Shown here piece after piece: positions 49,797 to 60,317 of a stretch of DNA of 64,000 nt (positions are counted from its first letter, which is position 1; every line of letters begins with the position of its first letter). Origin of the DNA: Giardia intestinalis. Lineage: Eukaryota. The notes beneath the pieces were generated by a model, which had not been told where the DNA came from, did no database searches, and worked only from the letters and a program-made list of their open reading frames with translations. The position numbers and the translations under genes were made by a program. The stretch lies in the NCBI GenBank assembly GCA_000002435.2, contig CM018792.1; one strand, written 5' to 3'.

Positions 49797-52109
49797 TTAG
49801 TTGCTCCACATGTTTCCAAACTGTGCATAGATATCACCGCCCTCTACATCAGCAACTGCAGCAGACAGCCCCGAGAGGCTAAAACCTGTATCCTCTTTAT
49901 CAGTTGTTGCGAAGTTACCAAAATTGCTGAAAAGGAAGTCTGAATTGTTGTCAGCACCAGAGGTCCAGGAGAAGGTAGTATCGTAGGTACCACCGGTCGC
50001 AGCATTAGCTTGACGGGTGGCCTCGGCGTAGTCAGATGATAGGCGAGCGTCTCCAAAAGTTTTCGGAATGGATTCTTCTGGCTCCAGATGAAGCTTGGAG
50101 AACTCTTTGAACGCTTCATTGTTGATCAGAAAGTTGCACATTGTCGCGTCAAGATCGGCGTAGCCCTCTGTTAGCAGGTTAGCCAAAGCAGGAACTGTCT
50201 GAGGACATGAAATTGTAGTGAGGGTTGCCGAGGTGTTGTTAGAAACGTACTTGCGCTTCTCATCCATGGCTGCTTCGTCGGAGAGCTTCACGCTAATGCG
50301 CAGAAATGCTCTTGCAAAGGTTATATAGTACGTTAGCTTACTATCTCGACGCTTGAACATGGTGTAGTCACTGGACACTTCGTGCATGTCTTTTAGGAGT
50401 GTGGTCTCCTTAAATATATGCATGGAAATCTTTGAGTTGTAGTTGACGAACTCTACCAGTGGCAGCAGTACACGACTAATCACAAAGTGGAGATTGCTGT
50501 GCTCAGGAAAGCGCTTAAAAAGTGTGATCATGAAGGCAGGGATTTGAAGATTGATCAGCTTTAATATTATACTTGACGTGGTAATAACAAATGGGACGAC
50601 GGATCCGTCCGATCCTATCTGAATTGTGTCCACGAATGGTGTGTCGGAGGTCCCACCAGCGCCTGCATGAGCAAAGTTGGAGAGACACGCATATCTACTG
50701 AAGTCGAACAAATTGTTGCTTGCGTTAGCATTGGCCTCACCTGCGATCCACTCCTGAACTGGATTAATGCCGGTTCGCTTGAAGTACAGCTGATCGCGAA
50801 TGTCTGCAGTGATAGCAAGCAACCGGCCGATCATCTTTATCATGTCAAAGCACCCTATGCCCAGCGTGTTAGGAGGTGCCATGTTCATCATGTAGTTGAG
50901 GCGCTCTGGTAGAAGACTGAACAATTGGATTACACGGAAAAATGTCGGAGCGAATGTGGCCTCTAGCTCGTCAATCTCCTTTATGCCGAGGGGTGTCAGT
51001 CTTGGCTCAGTAGTCAACGAAGACGGTGTGCCACTGACTCCGCTTGATGAACTCTTTTTGCTGTCTGCCTTTGCTTTGGAGCAGGAGGCTTGTTTAGGTA
51101 TATGTGCTTCTTCGATATATCCAAGGGCTTCCGCCATACGCTTCTTGTGAACGTCCTCCGGAATCTTCGCGTCAAAGATGACCTGGCTGAGCTCGTGATA
51201 CTTTAGGGCCAAGGTCGTGACAATACTGCTAAGGGCACATATCATAACGTCACTGGCTTGGGGAAGACGGAGAAGTGAGGGTCCATGGAGGTGCGACGAG
51301 AGAACGTACTCGGCAATAACAGGTACTCTGTCGATGATAACCTTATAGAGATACGGAACCCTTTTATATAAGATCTGAGAGAGAATGGAGCTGGCAGACG
51401 TTACGCATTCGAATGGAATGACGGATTTATCAGAGGAAGTCAGAAAAGCTACGAGAGCGTAAATCGTACCCGAAGACATGGCAAGCTCGGCAATACTCTT
51501 GCATGCATCGGGGCAGGTCTCCATGGTATCAATGAGAAACTCCCTCAGTGAGTTCGTGACACAGGAGTTGACGGTGTGAGCGACCCAGGCGCGCATGTAC
51601 CCAATGTTCGCCTTTAGAAACTCCACCAATGGCATCACTCGCTTGGGAGAGAAGAGTATTGCATGGATGAGCTTGTTGAAGCCATTATAAACAAACTGTT
51701 TGCAGAGATCCCCAGGAAGAAGGGGGTCCGTCGCACCTGTGGTTAACTTAGAAATGTTCCTCGTGAGAGCCTCAAAAGGCAGTTGCAGAAGCTCATGTGA
51801 TGCAACCAGATTAGGCAGAATATCTTTGAGATTCTCGGCGCAGGAGAAGACCTCTATTGCACGCTCGGTAATCTCATTCGACTCCTTAACGTTGAAGATA
51901 ATGCGAAGAAGCTTTTTGAGTGTAGCAGGCTTACTGAAATATTCGATCAAGATGTCGGATTGGCTGCGGAGCTCAAACGTAAGGGTCTTGACCTCCAAAA
52001 GCTTCTCAAGACTGTCTGTGGCGATGAGCTGATCTATCGAGGCATCTGCCTCTGACTGATCGTAGATCGACCAATATAGAGCCTGCGACATCCCGCCCTG
52101 TCCCAGCAT
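49797..52109 (-). CDS. SAPS-domain-like protein, a possible Sit4/PP6 phosphatase regulatory subunit
   Basis: ATG verified at 52109-52107. N-terminal architecture SIDQLIATDSLEKLLEVKTLTFELRSQSDILIEYFSKPATLKKLLRIIFNVKES...KLIHAILFSPKRVMPLVEFLK parallels the SAPS N-terminal region. This is by-eye similarity only. Confidence 0.45.
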   Translation of the reverse strand: MLGQGGMSQALYWSIYDQSEADASIDQLIATDSLEKLLEVKTLTFELRSQSDILIEYFSKPATLKKLLRIIFNVKESNEITERAIEVFSCAENLKDILPNLVASHELLQLPFEALTRNISKLTTGATDPLLPGDLCKQFVYNGFNKLIHAILFSPKRVMPLVEFLKANIGYMRAWVAHTVNSCVTNSLREFLIDTMETCPDACKSIAELAMSSGTIYALVAFLTSSDKSVIPFECVTSASSILSQILYKRVPYLYKVIIDRVPVIAEYVLSSHLHGPSLLRLPQASDVMICALSSIVTTLALKYHELSQVIFDAKIPEDVHKKRMAEALGYIEEAHIPKQASCSKAKADSKKSSSSGVSGTPSSLTTEPRLTPLGIKEIDELEATFAPTFFRVIQLFSLLPERLNYMMNMAPPNTLGIGCFDMIKMIGRLLAITADIRDQLYFKRTGINPVQEWIAGEANANASNNLFDFSRYACLSNFAHAGAGGTSDTPFVDTIQIGSDGSVVPFVITTSSIILKLINLQIPAFMITLFKRFPEHSNLHFVISRVLLPLVEFVNYNSKISMHIFKETTLLKDMHEVSSDYTMFKRRDSKLTYYITFARAFLRISVKLSDEAAMDEKRKYVSNNTSATLTTISCPQTVPALANLLTEGYADLDATMCNFLINNEAFKEFSKLHLEPEESIPKTFGDARLSSDYAEATRQANAATGGTYDTTFSWTSGADNNSDFLFSNFGNFATTDKEDTGFSLSGLSAAVADVEGGDIYAQFGNMWSN

Positions 52110-52186
52110 ATTAAAAGTGCACCAAAATACTTTTTATCCTCAGAACAGGGACTTTAGTTTTTTAAAGTAAGTGTCAAACACTAAGC

Positions 52187-55100
52187 ATGATCAATATGGT
52201 CCCCGACTCTCTCTTCTTGCGCATCGTCCAAGGATCGGTGTTGCTAGCGTCGGAAACTAAAGGCTGTGCCCTCAAGTCTCTTCCTATAATTTGCAATGAA
52301 ATTGTCTGCGCAAGGTGTCGGCGTGTTTCTATCCTTGTACGTTCATACAGCTGCGGGCACTGCCTTTGCCTGGAGTGCTCTCCTTTAAGCAACCTGATTT
52401 GTGTTTGCTGCAAAGACTTCATCCAAGACAGCGTAATGTTAGTGTCGCCGGTCGACAGACTTCTCAGTGCGCTGAATGCAGCTATCCAGTGTCCGCACAA
52501 TAAGAGCTGTCGGGCATATTATAGTTTGTCTGCCTATTTGATGCACCTCCACACTGCCCATTATTCTAGAGCATATCTTGCTGACTCTTCGTCACAGAAA
52601 ACAGCCACGGCTATAGCCCCTTTAGAAAATGGGCGCCCTGGTCATGAGATGATACTTGTTGATAGCCAGTCTCCACAGGCGGTGGAGTCTGTTATCGAGC
52701 TACTTTGCACCACTCCGTCCACAGAAAATCTAATGGATGACAGCAAGGCTCTTTATCAACTACAGATAGGAGACAGCGTATTCACTGGCACTCCAGAGGC
52801 ATTACAGAATGACTTTGCCAGGATTGAGGAAGCCATTACCAAATGCTCTGTCTTCTCTCGAAAAGAGTACCAATTCATCGTAGAGAAGACCAGCAAGGCG
52901 TATACCTCCGATGGCGTTCAACAAGGGAAGGCGCTCAACTTTAACATACAGCAGCTTTTTCGGTGGCATATCTATCACTTAGCTGAGCTACCAAATGAGC
53001 TGCAAAAAACCAAGGTCTGCGCGACACTTACTTCTGTTAACTACACACCCCAGTTCTCACATCTTTTCGTCAACTTTATTTGTCAGATGCCTTCTCTCAA
53101 AAGCCTTATCATTGATAACGAAACTTTCCATTTCTCTATATCGACAATCATACAGCTCCAGAATAAAGCCGTACACCTGCGTGAGCTATATATATTTAGT
53201 TGCCATTTTGACATCGACCTTAATATGCTGAGGGAGCTCCGGACTGTATGGCTGCCAACACTAACCACACTGGTCATAGATTTTTCCGTACTCACTAAGG
53301 CGTTCTCTGGCACCTATATATCTATGCTCTCCACCCTTACCTTCATGTACCTCTCAGATTTCATGGGACATGACTACTTAGATTATAGGGCGACAGCCGC
53401 TGCTCCAGGAAAGCGGCAGGGCAAGCAGGGTAGCCTATTGTCAAATCTTTTCTTTAAAAAGCACAGCAGCCCCAGCCCCAAGGACAAGGAAGATAAGAGG
53501 TATAAGCCTTTTGTTTTACAGAAAATAGAGCGGTCTAGCATTCTTTTGAAAAGCGTTTCTGAGAAGCCAAAGACATCTGGAGCCAAGGCACGGGCACTCC
53601 CAGTTCCTATTGCATATGCATCTTATAACCATTCTTCTTCTCGTGAAAACTCTGCCCGTACCAGCGATTGTTCATGCGACAATAACTCCTTCGACAGCAG
53701 CAATGCCCCAAACATATTAGAGGACATCAGATTGAGCGCAACAAGCCCACTAATGATACTCAACTCTTATCACTCGCTTCTCTGCCAACGCTACGGCACA
53801 ACCCTCGGCTTAATCCACTACCCCATCTCCTCGGATCTACCCTTCCTGGGTGCTTGGGGCGAAGAGCCCTCTGGGTTTTTCGGGCTGGTCTTTGATGGGG
53901 TTTCATATGATATCTCCACCGTGGCGCTTAAGCTTATGGAGGACACTGCAATTGAGCCACTGATCCCCTTGGGGGCATTTAGAACCTCTAAGCCCCTCAA
54001 TATTTCATGTCAAGGAGAAGATGGTAAAGGTAAGCGCAAAGAAAAACGAGGACGTCATGAAAAGGGGCAAGACAGCAATCATCTTGCTAAGCACTCCCTC
54101 GCTTATCTGTTCTATACACCCTCTTTTGTTCCTTCCGGCACAGTGACCTTTACGGATTTCTGCAAGTCTTTCACTCCTGAGTGCTTGAATCTCGCTCTTC
54201 TTCTTTTTATATGCAGGTATGATGTCTCGCTGGAACATGTGCGGGTATTAGTGCTTAACTTATCCGAAACCTTAAGTTACAGAAGAAACATTCTTGATTA
54301 TGTGGTCAAGTCGTTGGCCCTGCGTAGTAACGCAGATGTAGAACAGATCCTTGAGTATCGGACAAAGCTCTCGTTTATATCTCGTAGAGATGAGCCTCCA
54401 CCTAAAGGTAGTGAGGCCTCTTTATCTCCTCAATGTGACCCGGACGATTCCACAGGTTATGATGAAAAAGTCGCCTTCTTTCTAGATTCCTTGGTTGCGT
54501 TACTGCCTTACTTGTATAGGATACGGGAGATAAAACTGGGTCCACGCTCTTCAAACATGTCCCTCCTTCTGCCCCCATACAACGGAGCCATTTATGTCTC
54601 TCTTTTGAGGCTGATATTTGTTGCATCGAGACGCCTAATTTCTATTCATCCAGCCATTAATTACATACTCCCTCTTCTCACTGGTGTAGAGCGCTTCAGA
54701 ACGATTGACGTGTTTTACGCCCACGTAAGGTCCGTCTATGAAATGATACGTGGTGAGTATTTTAATACTCATTATCACACGCACACATCTCTCCTGGAAG
54801 ACGGCAAGAAGATCGGAGACCTTGAGATGACAAGCTTAATTGACGATGATCCCAATTGCACAGAGTCACCAGGGGGGACCTTTAATAGTCTATGCAACAT
54901 CACTATCATGACACCTGGTGGGAAGGGCCTGGTTTATGGCAATGAAATTGATGAGGTTCACGTGTCTAGACCCTTTCGGCCTTTCAAATACTCAGTCTCT
55001 TCATTCGACTTTCAGTATGAGATAGAGTCAACCCTACCGCCTGTTCATCCCCAGCAATTGGTAGACTTATATGGACACTCTGGAGGAAGCCTGAAAACTA

Positions 55101-58100
55101 TAGATTCACTAGCCGACGAAACTTATATCTTCTCACACCTGCACCGATTGCTTCAATTGATGCCTCAATCCAACTTTTGTTTTCTTGATTTGCTTCCTCT
55201 CTGCCCGCCCCGCACCGTCGTGTATTGTCTGCAACTTATTAAAGAAGGTAGTGGGTCGTTTTCCTGCTCATCCTTCAACGCCATAGAGATGCTTTCCATT
55301 CCGTGCTCTAAGTTCTTTCTACTTGATACCGTAACAGATCCCACTGTCGTGCTGCTCGATACCTTACAAGAGACTATAGGATATAGAAGGTCTGGGGCCG
55401 GAAACAAATCTGATTCAACTTCTCATAAGCAAAACCGCTATTACAGCTTTGTCAAGTATAAATGTATGCTCGACAAATCTGTCTATGCACAGTCTTTGAT
55501 GGCTCAACACAGATTCATTCGCCATGAGCGGCGTGTCAGACAGCAATACAAACCTTCCATTGTGACCTTATCAAAGCCCCTTGTACTCAACAATTCCTAT
55601 GTCCATTTCTTCTTTAATATAACGCCGAACAGGATTGAAAACTTGTATATGGGACTACGGGCTTTTAACTCAAATAGAAAGCAAAGCGTGGAACAGGTCG
55701 ACTCCTTCAGCATCGACGCTTCTAAGTATATAGCGGAGATAATCAGCAGATTTATTTTGAACTATAGTGACCTTGATTTGCTGAGCTCTGTATGCATCTC
55801 CTCTCCCCTATTAGGAAGGACCATCCAGGAGGGGCATGCATCTAACTTGGATGCTGACGTATCCAATGACAATTCTCTTGTCAATGATGATCTGGCCAGT
55901 CCAATAAAGAAGGAGGTCACTAGAGGTATCCCGGATCCAGCAGACGCTTCTGTTACTCCGGATGAAGCTAAGGACAGTGCTCAGGCACTACCTAATGTGC
56001 TTCCACCTCGACTCCCAACAGCTTCTGCCTCTGCTGTTCCAGCACAGTCTTCTGCAAAAGTCTCAGAAGAAAATAAGAGTAAGCACTCTGACAACGATCC
56101 TTGCTGCTTCGTTGAATCATGCTTGTGCTCATGCGCTGTCCACCAGTCATCTTGCATCTGTACTGGTGGCACAGAGTTCTCGTCTTTAGTCGCTATCCGG
56201 CTTATTTCGTTAACACTATTAAACGTCGATGGCCTGCTATATTCCGATGTTAATCTAATCAATAAAGCAATCTCTGTTAAACTATTACGGCTATTATCGA
56301 AAGATCTAGACTCGCTGCTGCCCACGTATAATACCATGGGATCTCCAAACAGTCGGGGGTATATGTCCTCGAGTCACACGTGTGTAGGTGTGTTTGAAAA
56401 GTATCTAGAAGAGAGTCCTTCACACTTCACAGAACTAGTCACTACGATAGATCGCTTTCTATCCATGCTATTCAGTATTCCTGCACTACATACGGATTCT
56501 ACAATCCTAAATATGATTCTTATGCAACGCAATGCACTGTTTTCACAAGAGTCTTTTCAAGTCCAGAAGGCTCTAGTGTCCGCTCGAGGCACTAAAGATA
56601 AGAGTTCGCAAAAGCAAACCGTGGAAGAGCTCTCACCTGTATCGTGGAGGGTTCCTCGACTGGGACTGCAGTTTGCGCTCAATTTGAAGGGAACGCGCTT
56701 TTCTATTGATTCGTCAGCAGTCGGTACCCTCTCTGAAGTTAAGTCCCAGGTCACAAATACCACAGCGTGTACTTACACTAATTCAATTATAACCATTATC
56801 AAGCGAAGAGATGCGCCAGAGCTTGATATTGATGAGTCTGCACATATAGTTTTCAAGGATCATCCTGCGCCAAAGATCCACACGCTTGACATTCCTTCTA
56901 TTGATGGACTGAGCATAATCACTGCTCTTCACAACGAAGAAGAAGCATGTGCTTCAATCATGGAATCCCCTTGTGCTCAGCAGGCTTTGGCAGAGTCGCT
57001 TTTAGATGCTGGTGGGCCACTTATTGACAAGGAGGCGGTCTTTCTTCAGGACCCCAGTATAGAGTTCCCAACTGTGCTACCCGAAGACTCGCCTTACCAG
57101 GTGACTCCAAATCTCAGGAGCTACGTGGCGTCTCAGCGCCCTGTGGCTCTTCTAACGATCTGCAAGCCTTTATTATACTACTACATGATCTTTAAAGTGC
57201 TTATAGGAGAAAGCTTAAAAAAAGGCGAGTCTTTCTCTCCATTTGACGGGCAAGGAAATACTATTCTTATCGATTCACCTAGCTGCTCTCTTTCAGACCT
57301 TATTGTTCTTCCAATTGGAGGTGCGTCGTTTAAGCCTAACACATGTAGCATTTTCAGCATTTGCAAATCAGCAATACTCACACAAAACTTATTTAGGTGG
57401 CCTTCTCAGGCGGATCTGAATGTGCTAGATGTCCCGAAGCGTCTGAGTACGAAGTACCGATTGCCACAGAACAGCTCTAATCTCAGTGAGCACTCACACA
57501 CTAGCATAGATGCATATCCTTCTGATAACACAGAGGAGATCATCGTGTCTATCTATTTTGCTTATCAACTGCTCTATACTCTCTACAAACGGCCTCCCAG
57601 CACCACCGCACAGCATTTCTGCCTAAAGAAACCCAAGATTGCTCTAATCTATGGATCTGGAAAGTTGTTCAAGTGTGTAGACACCGTTATATCAGCTAAA
57701 TTGCTAGCATTCCTGCTCACGCTCCTTGCCACTGGCGTGCTGACAGACGTCATAGTAGACTCTGACGTTCTCCTACGCTACTTCCCAACTTCCATGGCAT
57801 ACAACGCTTTTATTCTCAACGGATCCATAGTCTCTAAGCTGTACAGGAATGGAAGCCTTGTTTTAGGATGGGATGCTGTTCGAGAGGGTGTTGATATTCC
57901 CTTTGCACTGTACTTGCAGCTTTTCCATGAGATTGGCACCACTAAGCTATCGGCAGAAAGCACTAAGCCTCTCACGTATCTAGACCTGAGTGGCACGCTT
58001 ACAACTGTGCAATCCCATAGTATCTATGACTATCACAACTACTCTGAGTCTCAGTTTGCCGAGTTTCTCAAGAATATTTCCACCCTCGATCAGACTATAG

Positions 58101-58747
58101 GGTTTCGGACGCTCATTCTTCCCACAAAGGTGCTTTCCCTCTCTGACCTTAGAAGGATCTATCGCCTTGCAGATATTGTATCCACTTCGCTTGCATGCAC
58201 GCGACTGCACAATATTGTATTCTCTAGTGTTTGCAGCATCTTCAAGCTGGTCGATGATGGACCAGAGGCAAATGCCGAGCTGCCCGCGAACCAATTCAAC
58301 CCACGTACCCAGATAAGGTCCCTATTTGCACTAAAACAAAACAAATGCTCAACCCTACACGTTTACAATAGAAACTGGAAGGACGCTATATCTTTCTTAA
58401 TCCACGTAGGCTCCAAATCCAAAGCACTATTTACCAGAGTGTGCACGCTAGACTTTTCTCCTCCAGAAGATGACTCGGGAGACAAATCTGTGGTCATATC
58501 CGGGTTGTTTGATCAAACAGTTTCATCATTAGTACTCCAGCTGATATCACTGTGCATAGGCGTCGATAGGCTTGTAATACCGCCACCCTCGGTGAGCGAG
58601 GAAAGGGAGTCTGATATTCAAGTGCTCAAGAAGTGGGTAGAAAAAGCTAACGAAATGAAGAAACTGCAAGAGGTGGTTCTCAATCCTCCAAACAAAGATA
58701 TAGCCTCTGAGCTGAGGCAATCTTTTTGCCATTTGTGCATCGGTTAA
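52187..58747 (+). CDS. Giant (2186 aa) protein with an N-terminal C3HC4 RING finger, a putative E3 ubiquitin ligase
   Basis: ATG verified at 52187. RING residues: VCARC...(11 aa)...CGHCLCLEC...(7 aa)...CVCC fits C-x2-C-x11-C-x-H-x2-C-x2-C-x7-C-x2-C. The remaining ~2100 aa have no recognised domains. Confidence 0.65.
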   Translation: MINMVPDSLFLRIVQGSVLLASETKGCALKSLPIICNEIVCARCRRVSILVRSYSCGHCLCLECSPLSNLICVCCKDFIQDSVMLVSPVDRLLSALNAAIQCPHNKSCRAYYSLSAYLMHLHTAHYSRAYLADSSSQKTATAIAPLENGRPGHEMILVDSQSPQAVESVIELLCTTPSTENLMDDSKALYQLQIGDSVFTGTPEALQNDFARIEEAITKCSVFSRKEYQFIVEKTSKAYTSDGVQQGKALNFNIQQLFRWHIYHLAELPNELQKTKVCATLTSVNYTPQFSHLFVNFICQMPSLKSLIIDNETFHFSISTIIQLQNKAVHLRELYIFSCHFDIDLNMLRELRTVWLPTLTTLVIDFSVLTKAFSGTYISMLSTLTFMYLSDFMGHDYLDYRATAAAPGKRQGKQGSLLSNLFFKKHSSPSPKDKEDKRYKPFVLQKIERSSILLKSVSEKPKTSGAKARALPVPIAYASYNHSSSRENSARTSDCSCDNNSFDSSNAPNILEDIRLSATSPLMILNSYHSLLCQRYGTTLGLIHYPISSDLPFLGAWGEEPSGFFGLVFDGVSYDISTVALKLMEDTAIEPLIPLGAFRTSKPLNISCQGEDGKGKRKEKRGRHEKGQDSNHLAKHSLAYLFYTPSFVPSGTVTFTDFCKSFTPECLNLALLLFICRYDVSLEHVRVLVLNLSETLSYRRNILDYVVKSLALRSNADVEQILEYRTKLSFISRRDEPPPKGSEASLSPQCDPDDSTGYDEKVAFFLDSLVALLPYLYRIREIKLGPRSSNMSLLLPPYNGAIYVSLLRLIFVASRRLISIHPAINYILPLLTGVERFRTIDVFYAHVRSVYEMIRGEYFNTHYHTHTSLLEDGKKIGDLEMTSLIDDDPNCTESPGGTFNSLCNITIMTPGGKGLVYGNEIDEVHVSRPFRPFKYSVSSFDFQYEIESTLPPVHPQQLVDLYGHSGGSLKTIDSLADETYIFSHLHRLLQLMPQSNFCFLDLLPLCPPRTVVYCLQLIKEGSGSFSCSSFNAIEMLSIPCSKFFLLDTVTDPTVVLLDTLQETIGYRRSGAGNKSDSTSHKQNRYYSFVKYKCMLDKSVYAQSLMAQHRFIRHERRVRQQYKPSIVTLSKPLVLNNSYVHFFFNITPNRIENLYMGLRAFNSNRKQSVEQVDSFSIDASKYIAEIISRFILNYSDLDLLSSVCISSPLLGRTIQEGHASNLDADVSNDNSLVNDDLASPIKKEVTRGIPDPADASVTPDEAKDSAQALPNVLPPRLPTASASAVPAQSSAKVSEENKSKHSDNDPCCFVESCLCSCAVHQSSCICTGGTEFSSLVAIRLISLTLLNVDGLLYSDVNLINKAISVKLLRLLSKDLDSLLPTYNTMGSPNSRGYMSSSHTCVGVFEKYLEESPSHFTELVTTIDRFLSMLFSIPALHTDSTILNMILMQRNALFSQESFQVQKALVSARGTKDKSSQKQTVEELSPVSWRVPRLGLQFALNLKGTRFSIDSSAVGTLSEVKSQVTNTTACTYTNSIITIIKRRDAPELDIDESAHIVFKDHPAPKIHTLDIPSIDGLSIITALHNEEEACASIMESPCAQQALAESLLDAGGPLIDKEAVFLQDPSIEFPTVLPEDSPYQVTPNLRSYVASQRPVALLTICKPLLYYYMIFKVLIGESLKKGESFSPFDGQGNTILIDSPSCSLSDLIVLPIGGASFKPNTCSIFSICKSAILTQNLFRWPSQADLNVLDVPKRLSTKYRLPQNSSNLSEHSHTSIDAYPSDNTEEIIVSIYFAYQLLYTLYKRPPSTTAQHFCLKKPKIALIYGSGKLFKCVDTVISAKLLAFLLTLLATGVLTDVIVDSDVLLRYFPTSMAYNAFILNGSIVSKLYRNGSLVLGWDAVREGVDIPFALYLQLFHEIGTTKLSAESTKPLTYLDLSGTLTTVQSHSIYDYHNYSESQFAEFLKNISTLDQTIGFRTLILPTKVLSLSDLRRIYRLADIVSTSLACTRLHNIVFSSVCSIFKLVDDGPEANAELPANQFNPRTQIRSLFALKQNKCSTLHVYNRNWKDAISFLIHVGSKSKALFTRVCTLDFSPPEDDSGDKSVVISGLFDQTVSSLVLQLISLCIGVDRLVIPPPSVSEERESDIQVLKKWVEKANEMKKLQEVVLNPPNKDIASELRQSFCHLCIG

Positions 58748-58760
58748 GATGCCTATGGGC

Positions 58761-60257
58761 TCATTGGAAAAGAATATTTAGAACATATTCAAGATTACCA
58801 CCGTATTGAGAAAGCAACTGAAGGACTTCTTCGTCTCTTCCATAGATTCCCATTGAATGAACCTCATCGAGCTCTTTGGTGAATCGTTGACGAAGCTGGT
58901 CTAGAGTAGAAGAAAAGCTGTTTTCTGATTGGGTACGTGGCTGACTCATTTGTCTATTATTACTAGTGCTAGATGTCCCCGTGTTCAGATAGCGATCCAT
59001 GACACTTGATAGCAGGTCAGGGTTGTTAAGGAGCTCTGTCACATAAGGAGAATTCCCGAATTGCTGTCTAATCATGTGCTGAAATAGAGGGCTATTAAAC
59101 TGTTGCCTGATCAGCTCTGGGTTTCTCGCCATCTCACGAAACATCTCTGCCATCATGGGATTGGACCTGATAAGGTCCATCATCGCATCTGGATTTATGG
59201 CACCAAAGCCCCTGGAGCCCAGCCCGCCATCTTGAACGGTTGGGGGTGGAAAGATTGGCCCCTCAACGATCTCATTCTGCAACATCTGAGAGTATGTCAT
59301 TGGAAAACCTGACTCCGAGAAGCGCGGATTGGTTCGTCCAAGAGTATACGAAAATAGACCTTCCTGGGATGCAGCGTTGAATAAGTTAGTGAACAGCGAA
59401 TTGCTCTCGCTGTTGAATAGGTTCTGCAAATATTCGTAAGCCCTAAGGCTGTCTGCACGCTGCTCCTCCGTCGGCTCATCCGCATCTTGCGACCTGTTCA
59501 ACCCAAATAGGTCTATCGGAGGGCGCTCCATCGACTGGAGGTTGGCCTGTAGGCGATTCATATCATGGCGCAGACGTTCAAGCATGGCAGCGCCACCCGG
59601 CGTTGTCGACATTTGAGTGATGGAGCTATCCACGTCGCGCAAAGCAGCCTGAAGCTTATCGGGGTTGCACATTAGTTCAGTAAACATTTCAATTGCCTCG
59701 GGGCTCTGCATATGTGCCGCAAGCTCTGGGTTACTCTGGAGCATCTCTCGCATCATAGGACTGTTGATAATGTGTTGCCTAACGAAGTCCTTGTTACCCA
59801 ATAAGGATCTAACCATAGGATTTCCCGAGAGTAGAGAAAATACAGAGTCCATAGAATTCATGTTAGCATTAGAAAATAAGTCTCCCGGGGCGGCTGGGAA
59901 CTGTGGCTGTTGCTGTTGCTGCTGTGGCTGTGATTGAGGGGCGGTTGACTGAAAAGGCGCGGGTTGCTGAGTTTGCTCAGCAGAAACCGGCGGTGCAGTC
60001 TGTGCTGGCGTCGGGACCGCGATCTTTGCTTTCTTTACCGATATGTGGATAACACTACCGCTAGAAATCCCAAAATGACTGAGAGGCTTGGAACCAACAA
60101 GCATCTGTCCGCTGTAAATAAGACGCACCAAAGATGGGTCGACAGACAGTTTCAAGCCAACCTGGGTGCGTAAATCATCAACAAGAGCAGTGTCCGGCAC
60201 AGAAAGCTCGAAGTCGACGCTCTTGTCCAGGGGGTTCTTGATGCATAGGTCTAACAT
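58761..60257 (-). CDS. Ubiquilin/Dsk2-like UBL-UBA shuttle protein
   Basis: The track start at 60275 is TTG; the first ATG is at 60257-60255. N-terminal UBL (…VDFELSVPDTALVDDLRTQVG…LIYSGQMLVGSKPLSHFGISSGSVIHI). Central STI1-like repeats (NPMVRSLLGNKDF…NPELAAHMQSPEAIEMF). C-terminal UBA (LDEVHSMGIYGRDEEVLQLLSQYGGNLEYVLNILF). Poly-Q tract. Confidence 0.75.
   Translation of the reverse strand: MLDLCIKNPLDKSVDFELSVPDTALVDDLRTQVGLKLSVDPSLVRLIYSGQMLVGSKPLSHFGISSGSVIHISVKKAKIAVPTPAQTAPPVSAEQTQQPAPFQSTAPQSQPQQQQQQPQFPAAPGDLFSNANMNSMDSVFSLLSGNPMVRSLLGNKDFVRQHIINSPMMREMLQSNPELAAHMQSPEAIEMFTELMCNPDKLQAALRDVDSSITQMSTTPGGAAMLERLRHDMNRLQANLQSMERPPIDLFGLNRSQDADEPTEEQRADSLRAYEYLQNLFNSESNSLFTNLFNAASQEGLFSYTLGRTNPRFSESGFPMTYSQMLQNEIVEGPIFPPPTVQDGGLGSRGFGAINPDAMMDLIRSNPMMAEMFREMARNPELIRQQFNSPLFQHMIRQQFGNSPYVTELLNNPDLLSSVMDRYLNTGTSSTSNNRQMSQPRTQSENSFSSTLDQLRQRFTKELDEVHSMGIYGRDEEVLQLLSQYGGNLEYVLNILFQ
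59901..59936. repeat. Imperfect (CTG/TTG)n trinucleotide repeat encoding the PQSQPQQQQQPQ tract of ubiquilin
   Basis: The run ctgtggctgttgctgttgctgctgtggctgtgattg is read directly on the plus strand. Confidence 0.5.
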
Positions 60258-60317
60258 TTTAAAATGAAAAGCCAAAATTTGAACCGTATGAACCTAATGC
60301 GGTCAGTGTTCGTCGGT

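Noticed and set aside
2613-60275. Track-reported N-termini beginning at TTG or GTG codons for 16 of the 37 genes (for example 2613, 9233, 12881, 19186, 22862, 26183, 29010, 38325, 42680, 45455, 60275)
   Set aside because: The organism is eukaryotic, so non-AUG starts are not expected. Each was re-trimmed to the first in-frame ATG, and all of these have AT-rich upstream context.
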